This document shows positions 47,578 to 57,656 of a stretch of 64,000 nt of DNA, piece by piece (positions within the stretch are counted from its first letter, which is position 1; each line of letters opens with the position of its first letter). Origin of the DNA: a virus; the IMG/VR virus record IMGVR_UViG_3300025000_000064, positions 59,606-123,605 of that record. One strand, given 5' to 3'. The notes under the pieces are model-generated. The model had not been told where the DNA came from. It did no database searches and saw nothing but the letters and a program-made list of their open reading frames with translations. Position numbers and translations under genes: made by a program.

Positions 47578-48801
47578 CTACGTTGGGTCAACTTTTGCTG
47601 TCAATAAACCATCTTTAAATGTTAAACTTCCGTCAGTACCGCCTGATGTTATTTTTGCCAATGCAACAGTGGTTGTTAATCCTGCTGAGCCGTCAGAGGA
47701 TTTATAAGAATTTGCCTGAAATGTTCCATTTACATTCAAAAATTGACTTGCTGTATCGGTATTAAATTTACCATAAATTAGAGCCTTTACTTTAGCGTCA
47801 GCTTTGCTTGCCCTTGTTGTGTTATCAATCATTAGTACTTGGGAGTCTGTTTCGTAATACCCTGCTTGATTCCCTAAAAATACACTGCCATAACCTGTAG
47901 TGTTGGAATATCCTGCTTGATAACCAATTGCTGTATGATAAAAACCACCTGTATTATTGTATAAAACATTTCCGCCAATACCAGTATTATAACCTTGATT
48001 AGTATTATACCCGGCATATCTACCTAAGAGTGTATTCCAGTTATAAGTAGTTAATGAATACCCTGCATTTGAACCCAATAAAGTATTATATGACCCAGTG
48101 GTCATACTTTGACCTGCTTGACTTCCTATAAAGGTCGCATCTCCTGCCCCTGTAATATTTAACCCTGCATTAAAACCTAACGTAGTAGCCATTTGGTCTA
48201 ACATTATAGACCTATTATTACCAACAGTAATAAAATTGCTTGTAGTATTTGGCGACCACCAACGAGAAGTTCCTGCTGATAAAGAAGCATCTGCAATATT
48301 ATCTTCGTAAGTGGAAGTTGTATTATCATTTATTGTAGCCACTAATAATTGAAAAGAATCTGCTTGACCTACCGGAGTTCTATATATTTTTCTTCCTGTG
48401 ACTCTTGAGTCGGTTGATACTGGAACAGTTATGGTTACTTTTTTATGACTCGCATCTGTTGTAATCGAGGCGACTGTGCCATGATTGGTTTCACCTACAG
48501 CAGTAATATAGGTAATATAGTATCTATATGCGCCTACTCCCAACAACCCAGAAGCGTCTAATACAAGAGAAAGAGTTGGAGCAACTGGCTTTGTTACTGT
48601 ATAGAAATTAATCCCCATCCATGAGTTTATCATTTCGTTTGACGATGAGCCTTGAATATCTATTCCATGAAAAACTGGACTTGCTGTATCTCTAACATCT
48701 TGATTTACTTTTGAATTATATTCAGATGTTTCAACTTTGTTTAACAAGTCACCTGTCAAGCCTTTTATTTGATTTTGCTTTATTCTTTCTCTACCAGTCA
48801 T
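47578..48801 (-). CDS. Tail fibre/spike-like protein with Gly-rich beta-helical repeats
   Basis: Repeats of N/HT.(I/L)G..AG..(N/T)T and a YRYYITY...GET...RKIYRT domain. Confidence 0.65.
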   Translation of the reverse strand: MTGRERIKQNQIKGLTGDLLNKVETSEYNSKVNQDVRDTASPVFHGIDIQGSSSNEMINSWMGINFYTVTKPVAPTLSLVLDASGLLGVGAYRYYITYITAVGETNHGTVASITTDASHKKVTITVPVSTDSRVTGRKIYRTPVGQADSFQLLVATINDNTTSTYEDNIADASLSAGTSRWWSPNTTSNFITVGNNRSIMLDQMATTLGFNAGLNITGAGDATFIGSQAGQSMTTGSYNTLLGSNAGYSLTTYNWNTLLGRYAGYNTNQGYNTGIGGNVLYNNTGGFYHTAIGYQAGYSNTTGYGSVFLGNQAGYYETDSQVLMIDNTTRASKADAKVKALIYGKFNTDTASQFLNVNGTFQANSYKSSDGSAGLTTTVALAKITSGGTDGSLTFKDGLLTAKVDPT

Positions 48802-48804
48802 AAC

Positions 48805-51084
48805 TTATGTCCTTTTAAAGAGTAAAATATTAATAGTATTGGCTTTTAGCTCTACCGAATTATTAACAACATTAAGATTATTAAAATTATAATAAATTTT
48901 TCTTATTTCAGAAGGATTAGCCTCGCCATCATTAGTATTTAAAACATTATAATCAAGCGGCAAGTCTTCGCCCATAACAATACTTTTCTTAAACTCGCAA
49001 TTAGAAGGTAAATCTAAATTGATAGTTCTATTAGAGCCTATATTTACAATAATTACAGACATTTTGCCTGTGTCATAAGTTGCTGCAATTTCTACATTAT
49101 GATTATTGGATTCAGTTTTTAGAACACTTTTATAAATATACTTATTAAATAGCTTTATGATGTGAGCTGTAGGCAACAGTACAAAGGATTTTGTTTTACT
49201 GGTTTCAAAAGTTCTAAGCAAAACCCCAAAAGAATCAGATAAAAATTTAGAACTTGAAGTTGTGTAAACGTCTAATAATTCAAAATGGCAGAGTTCCCTA
49301 AAACCTAATGTATTGACTGCCGACAATATAGTTCTAGCGTTAGCCAAAGCACCTAAGTATGAGGACATATTTCTGTCCGATAAATTAAAAGCGTTAAATT
49401 CTCCGACTACTATTTGTGGATTGGTTACACCGCCATTAATTAAGGTTCTATAACAATTATCCCTAATTATTACATTATGACCATTTAATATCTGGTCAAC
49501 ACAGCTTTCAAATGTGTTAAAGGTGGGATTGTCAGAAGGTTTTTGATTTAAACTTTTTTCATATGGAACAAAATAGTAATAATGCGGAGCATAATAAATA
49601 TTTTCATCATTTTTATAATTATCTAAATGTCCAGAAGCAAGCATATCTTCGCCAAAAGCATGTCCCATTACATAGTATGCCCAATAGTCTGAATCTCCTT
49701 CCGTAAAAGTAAGCATTACTTTTAAATCAGAATCAACTTCACGCATTTTTTCGATAAAAACAGAAGCTATTTGTGCATATTCAGAAGCTAAGAAATAATT
49801 ACTATAAGCCCCAATAGCATAATCTTCATTGCCAATTTCCCAATAAGCAATTAAATCCGCATTTCCTGAATCATAAATATATTGCACCAATTCTTTGGCA
49901 GATACAGCCATTTTATCAACTAATTCCCAATCTACATTGCCACCGTTGCCTGTTGGAAAATCAGTATTTGTTAATAAATGAGTTCCGTCTTTTGTAAAAC
50001 TAATTGTTTTTGTTTCTTTGTCAAAATAAGCATGATTATTAACTTGCATTATTATTTTTAAATTATGTTCTCGGCAATAAGCTAGTATATCATCGACAAA
50101 CCACATATTTTCACGACTAATGTTTTTAAGATAAGAAGCTCTCCAAAAAGTCCAATTATTAAATCCTTCGATAAGGTCATCGTAAGGTATATCCCAAAAA
50201 AATGAAGCAACATATACGCCTGAAGGAAACCTAAGTGTCTTCATTCCTAAAAGTTTTGTAAAATCTGCAAGAGTTTTTAATTGATTATTTTGTATCATCA
50301 AATTGGTTGTTCCTGCTGAATTATTAGCATTAAACCAATTTGAGTTTATAAAGCTTGATTGAGGTAAAGTTTTTATTGTTTCGTTTTCAATAGTTACTAT
50401 ATTTTCAGTTCTTTGATTATCTTTAAAAGCTATTTCATAATTATCACAAACATCTTTCATTGTTAGAACTTCGTCATATAAACGATAACTATATATTTTT
50501 ACTGGTTTATTCTCAAAAGAAATAAGCTCAAAATCATAAGTATTTACGTTATTTATTTTGGTTGGATTTATTTCCCATCCTATTTGTACCTTATTGCTAT
50601 ATCCCACTAAATTATAATTCTCGTCATAAGTTATAACAAGATGATGAATTTTGTCTTTTCTCAAACAAGCCCTTGCGCCTGTCATGCAGTTTTTAAACCA
50701 ACCTACTCCTGTAAAGATAGCTTTTATCCAAAAATACCACACAGATGCATAAGAATTATAATGCTCTACCATATCTTCTTCGATAGAACATGTTATTTCT
50801 ATTGAAAACTTAGTGTTCAACATTAAATTTTGGGAGTAAGGTATTCTTATTTTACTTAATCCATCACCTAAAAGTCTTACATGATAAGGTGTGTTATCGC
50901 CATCGCCTAAAATTGCCTGATTCAAATTTTCAATTGTCGCATTATCAGCAGCCTTTGAAGGGTTATATGTATTTGCAAGATTATACATACCAAAATTATT
51001 AATATCAAGACCATCAGAAGTGTTATGATAAGACCTTATATCAACTATACAGTTATTAGGTTTTGATGGAAGCGTAAATGACAT
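48805..51084 (-). CDS. LamG-like plus clan GH-A (GH51/GH79-like) glycoside hydrolase; probable virion depolymerase
   Basis: HHLVITYD (LamG-like), LRFPSG, WEIGNE acid/base, VGEFN nucleophile and a C-terminal beta-sandwich. Confidence 0.7.
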   Translation of the reverse strand: MSFTLPSKPNNCIVDIRSYHNTSDGLDINNFGMYNLANTYNPSKAADNATIENLNQAILGDGDNTPYHVRLLGDGLSKIRIPYSQNLMLNTKFSIEITCSIEEDMVEHYNSYASVWYFWIKAIFTGVGWFKNCMTGARACLRKDKIHHLVITYDENYNLVGYSNKVQIGWEINPTKINNVNTYDFELISFENKPVKIYSYRLYDEVLTMKDVCDNYEIAFKDNQRTENIVTIENETIKTLPQSSFINSNWFNANNSAGTTNLMIQNNQLKTLADFTKLLGMKTLRFPSGVYVASFFWDIPYDDLIEGFNNWTFWRASYLKNISRENMWFVDDILAYCREHNLKIIMQVNNHAYFDKETKTISFTKDGTHLLTNTDFPTGNGGNVDWELVDKMAVSAKELVQYIYDSGNADLIAYWEIGNEDYAIGAYSNYFLASEYAQIASVFIEKMREVDSDLKVMLTFTEGDSDYWAYYVMGHAFGEDMLASGHLDNYKNDENIYYAPHYYYFVPYEKSLNQKPSDNPTFNTFESCVDQILNGHNVIIRDNCYRTLINGGVTNPQIVVGEFNAFNLSDRNMSSYLGALANARTILSAVNTLGFRELCHFELLDVYTTSSSKFLSDSFGVLLRTFETSKTKSFVLLPTAHIIKLFNKYIYKSVLKTESNNHNVEIAATYDTGKMSVIIVNIGSNRTINLDLPSNCEFKKSIVMGEDLPLDYNVLNTNDGEANPSEIRKIYYNFNNLNVVNNSVELKANTINILLFKRT

Positions 51085-51093
51085 TGTAACCTC

Positions 51094-51903
51094 TTAAAAT
51101 ATGTAACTTATCACACCTGACGAATCTTTATATGCTAATTGATTTTGGTCTGTTGAATAAAAAAATGAGTTTATTGGTGCATTTATTTCTGCGGAAGCTT
51201 TTGGTCTAAAAAATCCATCTCCGATATTTGGCTCTGCGGTAATTGCATATATTTCTAATTCATCATCAAGTTCGGGGGCAGTATCAAAAGTTAAGGTGTC
51301 TAAAACATAAGTTCCTAAAATATCAGGAGAATATCCTACTCCATTAAGTTCTATTCTGATGTTTGGATAGATTTCATCAGTTATAAAAACTTTGTTGACT
51401 CCATCAATATCTCCTGTGAAATTTACAGGTTGTTGACCCGATAAGAGATTTTGAGCAGAAAATCCATTTATTACACTTACATTAAACTCATTTGCACTAA
51501 AGTCTTGTGTTAAATTTCCAGCAATTGCAGCTTTTGCATCTAAATTATCTTGTAATCCATTAATTGTACTTATATTTTGAGTATGAGCAGAAGGAGTGAA
51601 GTCTAAAGGTTTTTCTGACAAATCACTATAACTTCCAGAAAAATTAGCTTTATTCTTAAATTTTTTAGAATCGAAATCATAGAACAAAATATCATCGTCT
51701 TGCAAATCAACTGTTTCAACATCTAATAATTCACTTGTTCTTGTTGCTCCAGATTTTATTATTGAGAAGTTTATATTTCTATTTCTCGAAACAGAAAAAT
51801 TAACATCTTCATTTTTAGAAACAGCAAAATTAATATTCGCATTCTTCAATGTGGAGAAATTGACATTATTATTTTTAGATATTGAAAAAATTATATCTGT
51901 CAT
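51094..51903 (-). CDS. Tail-associated protein
   Basis: LLDVETVDLQDDDILFYD, HTQNISTINGLQ and GDIDGVNKVF motifs typical of fibre proteins. Confidence 0.5.
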   Translation of the reverse strand: MTDIIFSISKNNNVNFSTLKNANINFAVSKNEDVNFSVSRNRNINFSIIKSGATRTSELLDVETVDLQDDDILFYDFDSKKFKNKANFSGSYSDLSEKPLDFTPSAHTQNISTINGLQDNLDAKAAIAGNLTQDFSANEFNVSVINGFSAQNLLSGQQPVNFTGDIDGVNKVFITDEIYPNIRIELNGVGYSPDILGTYVLDTLTFDTAPELDDELEIYAITAEPNIGDGFFRPKASAEINAPINSFFYSTDQNQLAYKDSSGVISYIF

Positions 51904-52257
51904 TTATGAAACATCTCTTGTTGCATTTTTATTTATTTGAAAATTACCAACCCCAAGAGTGGTAATTTTGCCATTTGTATCTTTCATTCTAAAATCACAT
52001 GCATATTTGCCAGCAGATAAAGCTTCTGTTTCCGCACTTGTTAATGTCAATAATGACTTTCCGTTTGTTGGGTCAGAATGTTCAATTATTTCTTTTGGAC
52101 CAATCAGGGCAATTTCATCAGCATCATTGAGATTATTTTTTACAGTGAAGAATATTGTATAACCAGTTATGTCCAATGGCTCATCATTGTTATCTGCGTC
52201 TGTAAAATTTAAAGTATACGAATCATCATCGCCTTTATATTCTATGATATTTTCCAT
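51904..52257 (-). CDS. BppU-like Ig-fold baseplate/fibre adaptor
   Basis: YKGDD....LNFTD....PLDITGYTIFFTVK...G...LTLTSAET..L..G.Y..D. Confidence 0.6.
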   Translation of the reverse strand: MENIIEYKGDDDSYTLNFTDADNNDEPLDITGYTIFFTVKNNLNDADEIALIGPKEIIEHSDPTNGKSLLTLTSAETEALSAGKYACDFRMKDTNGKITTLGVGNFQINKNATRDVS

Positions 52258-52307
52258 CTTTACCTCTGTTAAAAATACATATTAACTAATATGATATTAA
52301 TTATTAA

Positions 52308-52390
52308 AATTTATTTTGGTATGTTTGTATCTAAAATATATTTAACATGTTTTTATCTCACTAATTACTGAGAGATTTATGCTGAGAATT
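52308..52390 (-). repeat. 83-bp dispersed intergenic repeat, copy B (inverted relative to A and C)
   Basis: Ungapped match to 11317-11399 and 39903-39985. Confidence 0.85.
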
Positions 52391-52410
52391 AATCATTTGA
52401 GTAATGCATA

Positions 52411-52947
52411 TTAAAATTCTATAGCAATCGCTTCAATTTCTTCTTTCGTTGTTGCTGCAACGATTTGACCTAAGACTGTTGCTCTTTTTGTTTCTACAAT
52501 TGCCTTATATGTTACAATCTCGATATATATTGCATTTGCTTGACTTTTTGTTATTTGACGGATATTGCCGTTAAAATCAATCAATGGCATTGGCAATATG
52601 TCTTCATCATTAAGATTACTGGTTGCAATCATTGCTCCCATGTAATTCATTTGGTCTTCTTGCTTGATATGTAATTTATATCCCAAAGTTGCTGAATCTA
52701 AACCATTCAAGAAAACATCTGCAAATTTTGATTGAACTTCAATGTTTTTTTCTGTTTTTAATTTTTCTAAATCAATAGGTTTTTCTACCACTTGACCATC
52801 AATAACTACAACATCTTTGTCATAAAGCTCAACAGGAACTTCTATATAATCAGGATAGTAATTGTAAGCTATAAGATTTCCTTTTGTTGGTTGGAAATCA
52901 ATGTTTATCTTTTGGTTTGTATTCATATTTATTATTTGATATTGCAT
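52411..52947 (-). CDS. Tail fibre assembly protein (DUF4376-like)
   Basis: LEKLKTEK..EV...DQMN...I..ATTKEEIEAI pattern; follows the fibre gene. Confidence 0.65.
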   Translation of the reverse strand: MQYQIINMNTNQKINIDFQPTKGNLIAYNYYPDYIEVPVELYDKDVVVIDGQVVEKPIDLEKLKTEKNIEVQSKFADVFLNGLDSATLGYKLHIKQEDQMNYMGAMIATSNLNDEDILPMPLIDFNGNIRQITKSQANAIYIEIVTYKAIVETKRATVLGQIVAATTKEEIEAIAIEF

Positions 52948-54644
52948 TAGAAACTCCTCTCAATATCTACTATCAGCCCATAAGTTGCTGCATTTTGTAT
53001 ACTTAGAGCAGTAAGTCCTGATGCAATGATATTAAAAACAGGTGTTGCATCAGCGACAATTATAAGGGTATTATTGGAGTCAATACAGTAAGGTTCATGA
53101 CCTGATTCTGCCCTTAAAGGATATCTTGTACTGTCTGAATATTTTATTGCACCAACTGTAACTTTTTTTAGTTTTGTTGTACCTATATTGTGGTTTTTTA
53201 CAGTTTGAGCGTTGATAAAATTACCAGATGTTTGCTCGTAGTAATATTTTCCATTATAAGCATAACTTATAGGAGTTCCAAGAGTTGTTGATTTTGTAAC
53301 TTCACCTATTTTCACAAACTGTTTGTCTGTCCATACAGAACCATTAAACAATTGAGGTAATAGTGGATTTTGATTTATAAGTAAATTTAAATCACCGTTG
53401 TCGGGGGTTGTAGGTAAAACATATTCTTCTGTTATATTTCCTCCTTCATAAGTCACAGGATACCAAAATTTAACTTCGTTCATTATGGCATATCCCTGAC
53501 TATATCCACCAACAAGGTTCGCTTGAGGACGAATAGAATAGTAAGAATATGCAGTTGTATTTGGAATAACAATAACAGGATTAGTTCTAAAATCAGCAGA
53601 ATACGCATTTAATAAAACTGTCCAGTTTGTTCCGTCATTAGAGCCAGACACAGTAACTCTGCTCATACCACAATAAACAGTAGGATTTGAATTTGAATAT
53701 ATTTGTACTTTATTTAAAATTATTGGTGTAGAGCAAGATATTCGCATATAGTTTGCAATAGTTCCTGATTGAAAACTTGTGTATGTTGAATTAACGCCAT
53801 CTATGCAGTTCCAGCAGTCTCCCAACAAAGTATTGTTTGAATATAAATATTTGCCTACAGTAAATGTGTCTTTTGTTGCAGATGTAAATATGGGCGATAT
53901 TACATCGGCACTATATCCAATATTAAAAGCAATTGCAACAACACTATATGTTCCATCATAAAGATTTATTAAATCGTCTTCTTGAATAATAATTTTATAA
54001 ACACCGTCAGCACTTATTCCTGTAATATTTGCAATACTTGAAATCTCATAATGTTTGCCATTCGGGAAAGTTATTCCCAGATTTGCATAAGAAGAACCTA
54101 CTTTGAAACTTACTTCTGTATCAGAAACTTTTGTAATTATATCTGCATATCCGTTAACATCTGTGTTTCCTGAATTAGCACAGTAGGTTGTATAATTTTG
54201 TTTATTATTCAGTTGTCCTAAGTTTACAGCATTAGTTAAAACCAATCCATCTGACACAGAGAAAATTTCGTCTGCATTTCCATTTGTTAATGCTCTTTCA
54301 TTTAATTGAGTTTGAATAGCCGATGTAACACCTGATACATATTCTAATTCAGTTGATGTAACAGATGACGAATCTATTTTACCATCAGCATCAGCAATTA
54401 AAGCTGTACTTGCTGTTAATTCATTTGTTAAATAATAATCAAACATGGCAACAAACCAAGTTAACCAAGCGAATGTTAAATCCCATTCCCAGTTAAAATG
54501 ATTTGATTCTGGTTTTTCAGCAGATGTAAAGCCCAATGTTAATTTCTCATCACTTGGTCTTTCTCTGTTTGTTGTTCCAAAAGAAGCAGGAATATCATAT
54601 TCATCTCCTGTTGTTAATAAATCTGGTTTTATAGGTGCAGTCAT
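52947..54644 (-). CDS. Tail fibre protein with a discoidin-like domain
   Basis: N-terminal RPSDEKLTLGF...EKP..NHFNW attachment region and SGSNDGTNWTVL; follows the DUF2612-like gene. Confidence 0.75.
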   Translation of the reverse strand: MTAPIKPDLLTTGDEYDIPASFGTTNRERPSDEKLTLGFTSAEKPESNHFNWEWDLTFAWLTWFVAMFDYYLTNELTASTALIADADGKIDSSSVTSTELEYVSGVTSAIQTQLNERALTNGNADEIFSVSDGLVLTNAVNLGQLNNKQNYTTYCANSGNTDVNGYADIITKVSDTEVSFKVGSSYANLGITFPNGKHYEISSIANITGISADGVYKIIIQEDDLINLYDGTYSVVAIAFNIGYSADVISPIFTSATKDTFTVGKYLYSNNTLLGDCWNCIDGVNSTYTSFQSGTIANYMRISCSTPIILNKVQIYSNSNPTVYCGMSRVTVSGSNDGTNWTVLLNAYSADFRTNPVIVIPNTTAYSYYSIRPQANLVGGYSQGYAIMNEVKFWYPVTYEGGNITEEYVLPTTPDNGDLNLLINQNPLLPQLFNGSVWTDKQFVKIGEVTKSTTLGTPISYAYNGKYYYEQTSGNFINAQTVKNHNIGTTKLKKVTVGAIKYSDSTRYPLRAESGHEPYCIDSNNTLIIVADATPVFNIIASGLTALSIQNAATYGLIVDIERSF

Positions 54645-54687
54645 TATTTTAATACCTCTTATATAATATATTTATTTTTAATAATAT

Positions 54688-55302
54688 TTAAGTAATTTTA
54701 TCAAAGTTAGTAAGTAAAACTCCAGAAGGTAAAGCAACCTGTAAAAATTCTGACATATATTGTCTTTGATTATCTGTTAATTCTTGATTTGAATAATAAA
54801 TAGAAACTCCACAAGGAAAAACACTTGAATAATTTACTGTTTCTGAATTTGTTAATATTTTTACAATATTTATTATTTCTTCAGGGGTGCAACTTCCTAT
54901 ATTTCTTTTAATTTTTGCCTTAATTGCATTTCTATAAACAATATCTGTTCTTGTTTCCCCTACTGAGCCACCAAGTACATTTGAGTCATACCAAAAGCCT
55001 TCATTAAACCCAGAACCCAATGTATTATCAGAAAAAGCAAAGAATCCAATATCTAAATTAACTGTATATTTTCTTGGCTCTCCGACTATTTCACCAACAT
55101 GGTCAAGGTTTATTCCTTCAGCTTCATTTATAGTTCTTAAATATCTCAAATCATAAATTGCTTGATATATTAAATCTAACTCTTCTGAAATAGCTTTTAA
55201 ATACATTTCAAAGTTTGGTTGATTAAAATAGTTTTGAGGAATACTTTGTATCTTTTCAAATACAGAGCTTGGAATAAAAATATCTTTAATATCTTGCATC
55301 AT
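54688..55302 (-). CDS. Baseplate wedge protein (DUF2612-like)
   Basis: AEGINLDHVGEIVG.PR...FGF-like and YRNAIKAKI. Confidence 0.75.
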   Translation of the reverse strand: MMQDIKDIFIPSSVFEKIQSIPQNYFNQPNFEMYLKAISEELDLIYQAIYDLRYLRTINEAEGINLDHVGEIVGEPRKYTVNLDIGFFAFSDNTLGSGFNEGFWYDSNVLGGSVGETRTDIVYRNAIKAKIKRNIGSCTPEEIINIVKILTNSETVNYSSVFPCGVSIYYSNQELTDNQRQYMSEFLQVALPSGVLLTNFDKIT

Positions 55303-55314
55303 ATCTTTAATCCT

Positions 55315-56481
55315 TTAAACTATTGTTATTTTATCATCTGAGAATACAGCTATTTCGTCATAAGCTATTGTAATATCTTGTTCTACTTCATCTGATGTTG
55401 TGCCAACAGTTAATCCTAATTTAGTAATATTTGAAATTCCTGGAATTGCATAAATAATAGAATATAATCTTGTTCTTATTACATCATCTGATATTAACAA
55501 ATTTGAAGAAGCATAAGTTGTTAATGCCTCTTTTATTTGGTCGTCTCCATCATCAGGAAATAATGAGTTTGTTTCTATATCTATATAAATAAAAATTGGA
55601 ACACTTGTCGGTATTGTAAATCCAATATTTTGATTATTACCTTGAGAGTCAACAACCACTTCTGTTGTTGTTCCATAAGCTTGTATTCCAGCAGGACCTT
55701 TTAGCCAAATTGTTTCTGCTATTTCTGCCGAATCTCCACCATAAACAATTAATTCATAAGAATTTGCAGGTTGACCATCAACTACATTAGATGTTCTATT
55801 TTCCCTTATATTAACATCCAATACATTATCAACATCAGATACGTTTGAAATTAAAGCTTCAGAAGATGAAGTTCCACCTATTGATAATTGAAGTTCTCTT
55901 CTCTCTCTATATTCTGCATCTGTTTCTTCGTATCTGCCCAATGTGGTTTGTACATTTGCATTTGTTACAGATGCCCAACCACTTACAGGTGTTTCAATTA
56001 CAGTTAAAGTTCCAGATAATACAGAAATATCGCCATATTCTTGAGCAATAACATTGGCATCAATTGTACCTACAATTGGTATTATTATTTCTGATTCTGT
56101 TTCAAATTTATAAGATGTTCCCGTTACTGATATTATTGAACCAATTGGTATTATAGTTCCTACAGTTCCAACAAATGTACAATTAACAACAGTTTTGACT
56201 CCTGCTAATCTTTCGCAAGATGTATATTCTCCAATATTATCAAGTTGCAAGCCTTGTGAGCCTGAAGGATATTGACTGTAATATAGAGCTTCTAAATTAT
56301 CCCAGACATCAGCTAATTCACTTGATATTGTTATTAGAAGCACATCATTGCTTGTATCTGACTCAGATGGGCGAATTTGATATGAAGGATAGTAATTATC
56401 TTGAATATAAGCCTCTAAGCTCGATTCAATATCGGTTTGTTCTTTTTTAGAAAATCCGTCACTTGAAAGACCAAAGGTCAT
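55315..56481 (-). CDS. Baseplate J/gp47-like protein
   Basis: GLQLD, G...ETDAEYRER, PAGI..YG. Confidence 0.88.
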   Translation of the reverse strand: MTFGLSSDGFSKKEQTDIESSLEAYIQDNYYPSYQIRPSESDTSNDVLLITISSELADVWDNLEALYYSQYPSGSQGLQLDNIGEYTSCERLAGVKTVVNCTFVGTVGTIIPIGSIISVTGTSYKFETESEIIIPIVGTIDANVIAQEYGDISVLSGTLTVIETPVSGWASVTNANVQTTLGRYEETDAEYRERRELQLSIGGTSSSEALISNVSDVDNVLDVNIRENRTSNVVDGQPANSYELIVYGGDSAEIAETIWLKGPAGIQAYGTTTEVVVDSQGNNQNIGFTIPTSVPIFIYIDIETNSLFPDDGDDQIKEALTTYASSNLLISDDVIRTRLYSIIYAIPGISNITKLGLTVGTTSDEVEQDITIAYDEIAVFSDDKITIV

Positions 56482-56503
56482 ATTTAATACCTCTTATAAT
56501 ATA

Positions 56504-56866
56504 TTATAAATTAAAATTTAATCCGTTTGCTGTTGCTGTTCCATAAATTGTATTAATTTTGAAACTGATTGACAAAACTCTTGTTTGGTTATTAAAATCA
56601 TAAGAAAACTCAATTACTGATTTAACGCCTGGTGTTTTTAAAATTCTATCTTTTATTGCTTCTGCTGCAATATATTTATTCTTTTTGCCCAAAACATATC
56701 TGAAATAATCCATTCCTGCTTCGGGATATATGCTAAAATTACCAACAGCAAAACTTAATCTGCTTTGTATATGTTGTAATATAGCATCTACGCCATCTAT
56801 CCAGACTGGCATTCCAGTTGTGAGGTCAATATCCCCATCCGATGTTAATTTAACCTGTAGTGTCAT
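56504..56866 (-). CDS. Baseplate wedge protein (gp25/gp46, DUF2634-like)
   Basis: QHIQSRL...G.DY...IL.TPGV..V..F...NNQTRVLSISF...T.YG. Confidence 0.75.
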   Translation of the reverse strand: MTLQVKLTSDGDIDLTTGMPVWIDGVDAILQHIQSRLSFAVGNFSIYPEAGMDYFRYVLGKKNKYIAAEAIKDRILKTPGVKSVIEFSYDFNNQTRVLSISFKINTIYGTATANGLNFNL

Positions 56867-56868
56867 TA

Positions 56869-57570
56869 TTAAAACGCTCCTGTATTTCCACCTTCTGGAT
56901 TTGTATGAACATGTCCATTTACTGATTTTTCACCACTTAAAACATTTGAGCCAGCAATAGTTGAATCAGAACTTATTGCACCGCCTGAATGAGTTGTTCC
57001 TGTTATTGTTACATTACCTGTTATTGTGGTATTGCCAATTATTTCCCATGTTCCATCAGTGTTTAATTTAAGTTTTGTTGCGGTTGCTTGTTTAACTAAA
57101 CATTCATCATCTTTTGTTAATGTTAAAGTAACACCTGAATTATATTTGCCAATTACTAAATCGTCAGCACTATGGTTTGGTATTGATTTATTAAAAGGAT
57201 TAAAGCAAGGAATAAATATTGAGTTTGAATAATTAAAATTATGATTTGGGTCAAGCTTATTTAAACTTCCTGTTGTTTTTGCCAAATCAATATCCATTGA
57301 CAATATATGTAAAATTCCTAAATCACCATCTTTTAAAGGCATTGATATAAAGAAATCACCAGTTAATAACATAAATACAGGAATATCAGTTAATACGGGG
57401 ACTTCTTCATATATATCTACATCAACCTCAAAAGCACCCATTATTTTAACATTTGCTCTTCTTGTTGTGCTATCATATTTTTCAATTCTTGCAATGTATG
57501 AAGTGCGAATACTGTTTTGTATATATTCCGCATATATAGTTTGCCATTGTAGCCATGAGTCAGGAGACAT
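56869..57570 (-). CDS. Baseplate central spike (Gp138/gpV-like)
   Basis: OB-like N-terminus, PLKDGDLG and a C-terminal HVH metal-binding tip motif. Confidence 0.8.
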   Translation of the reverse strand: MSPDSWLQWQTIYAEYIQNSIRTSYIARIEKYDSTTRRANVKIMGAFEVDVDIYEEVPVLTDIPVFMLLTGDFFISMPLKDGDLGILHILSMDIDLAKTTGSLNKLDPNHNFNYSNSIFIPCFNPFNKSIPNHSADDLVIGKYNSGVTLTLTKDDECLVKQATATKLKLNTDGTWEIIGNTTITGNVTITGTTHSGGAISSDSTIAGSNVLSGEKSVNGHVHTNPEGGNTGAF

Positions 57571-57592
57571 ATTTTCCTCGCTTTATTATATA

Positions 57593-57621
57593 TTGTATTT
57601 ATTTTTAAAATATGTTATAAT
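57593..57621 (+). promoter_or_regulatory. Extended -10 promoter of the antisense HNH gene
   Basis: TTGTAT-17 bp-TATAAT with TGn. Confidence 0.65.
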
Positions 57622-57656
57622 TTTATTATGTTAAAATTTATTATAAAGGTTTATGA

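Noticed and set aside
47578-54644. Diversity-generating retroelement or shufflon in the tail-fibre genes
   Set aside because: No reverse transcriptase, TR/VR pair, invertase or repeated inversion sites were seen within the fibre genes.
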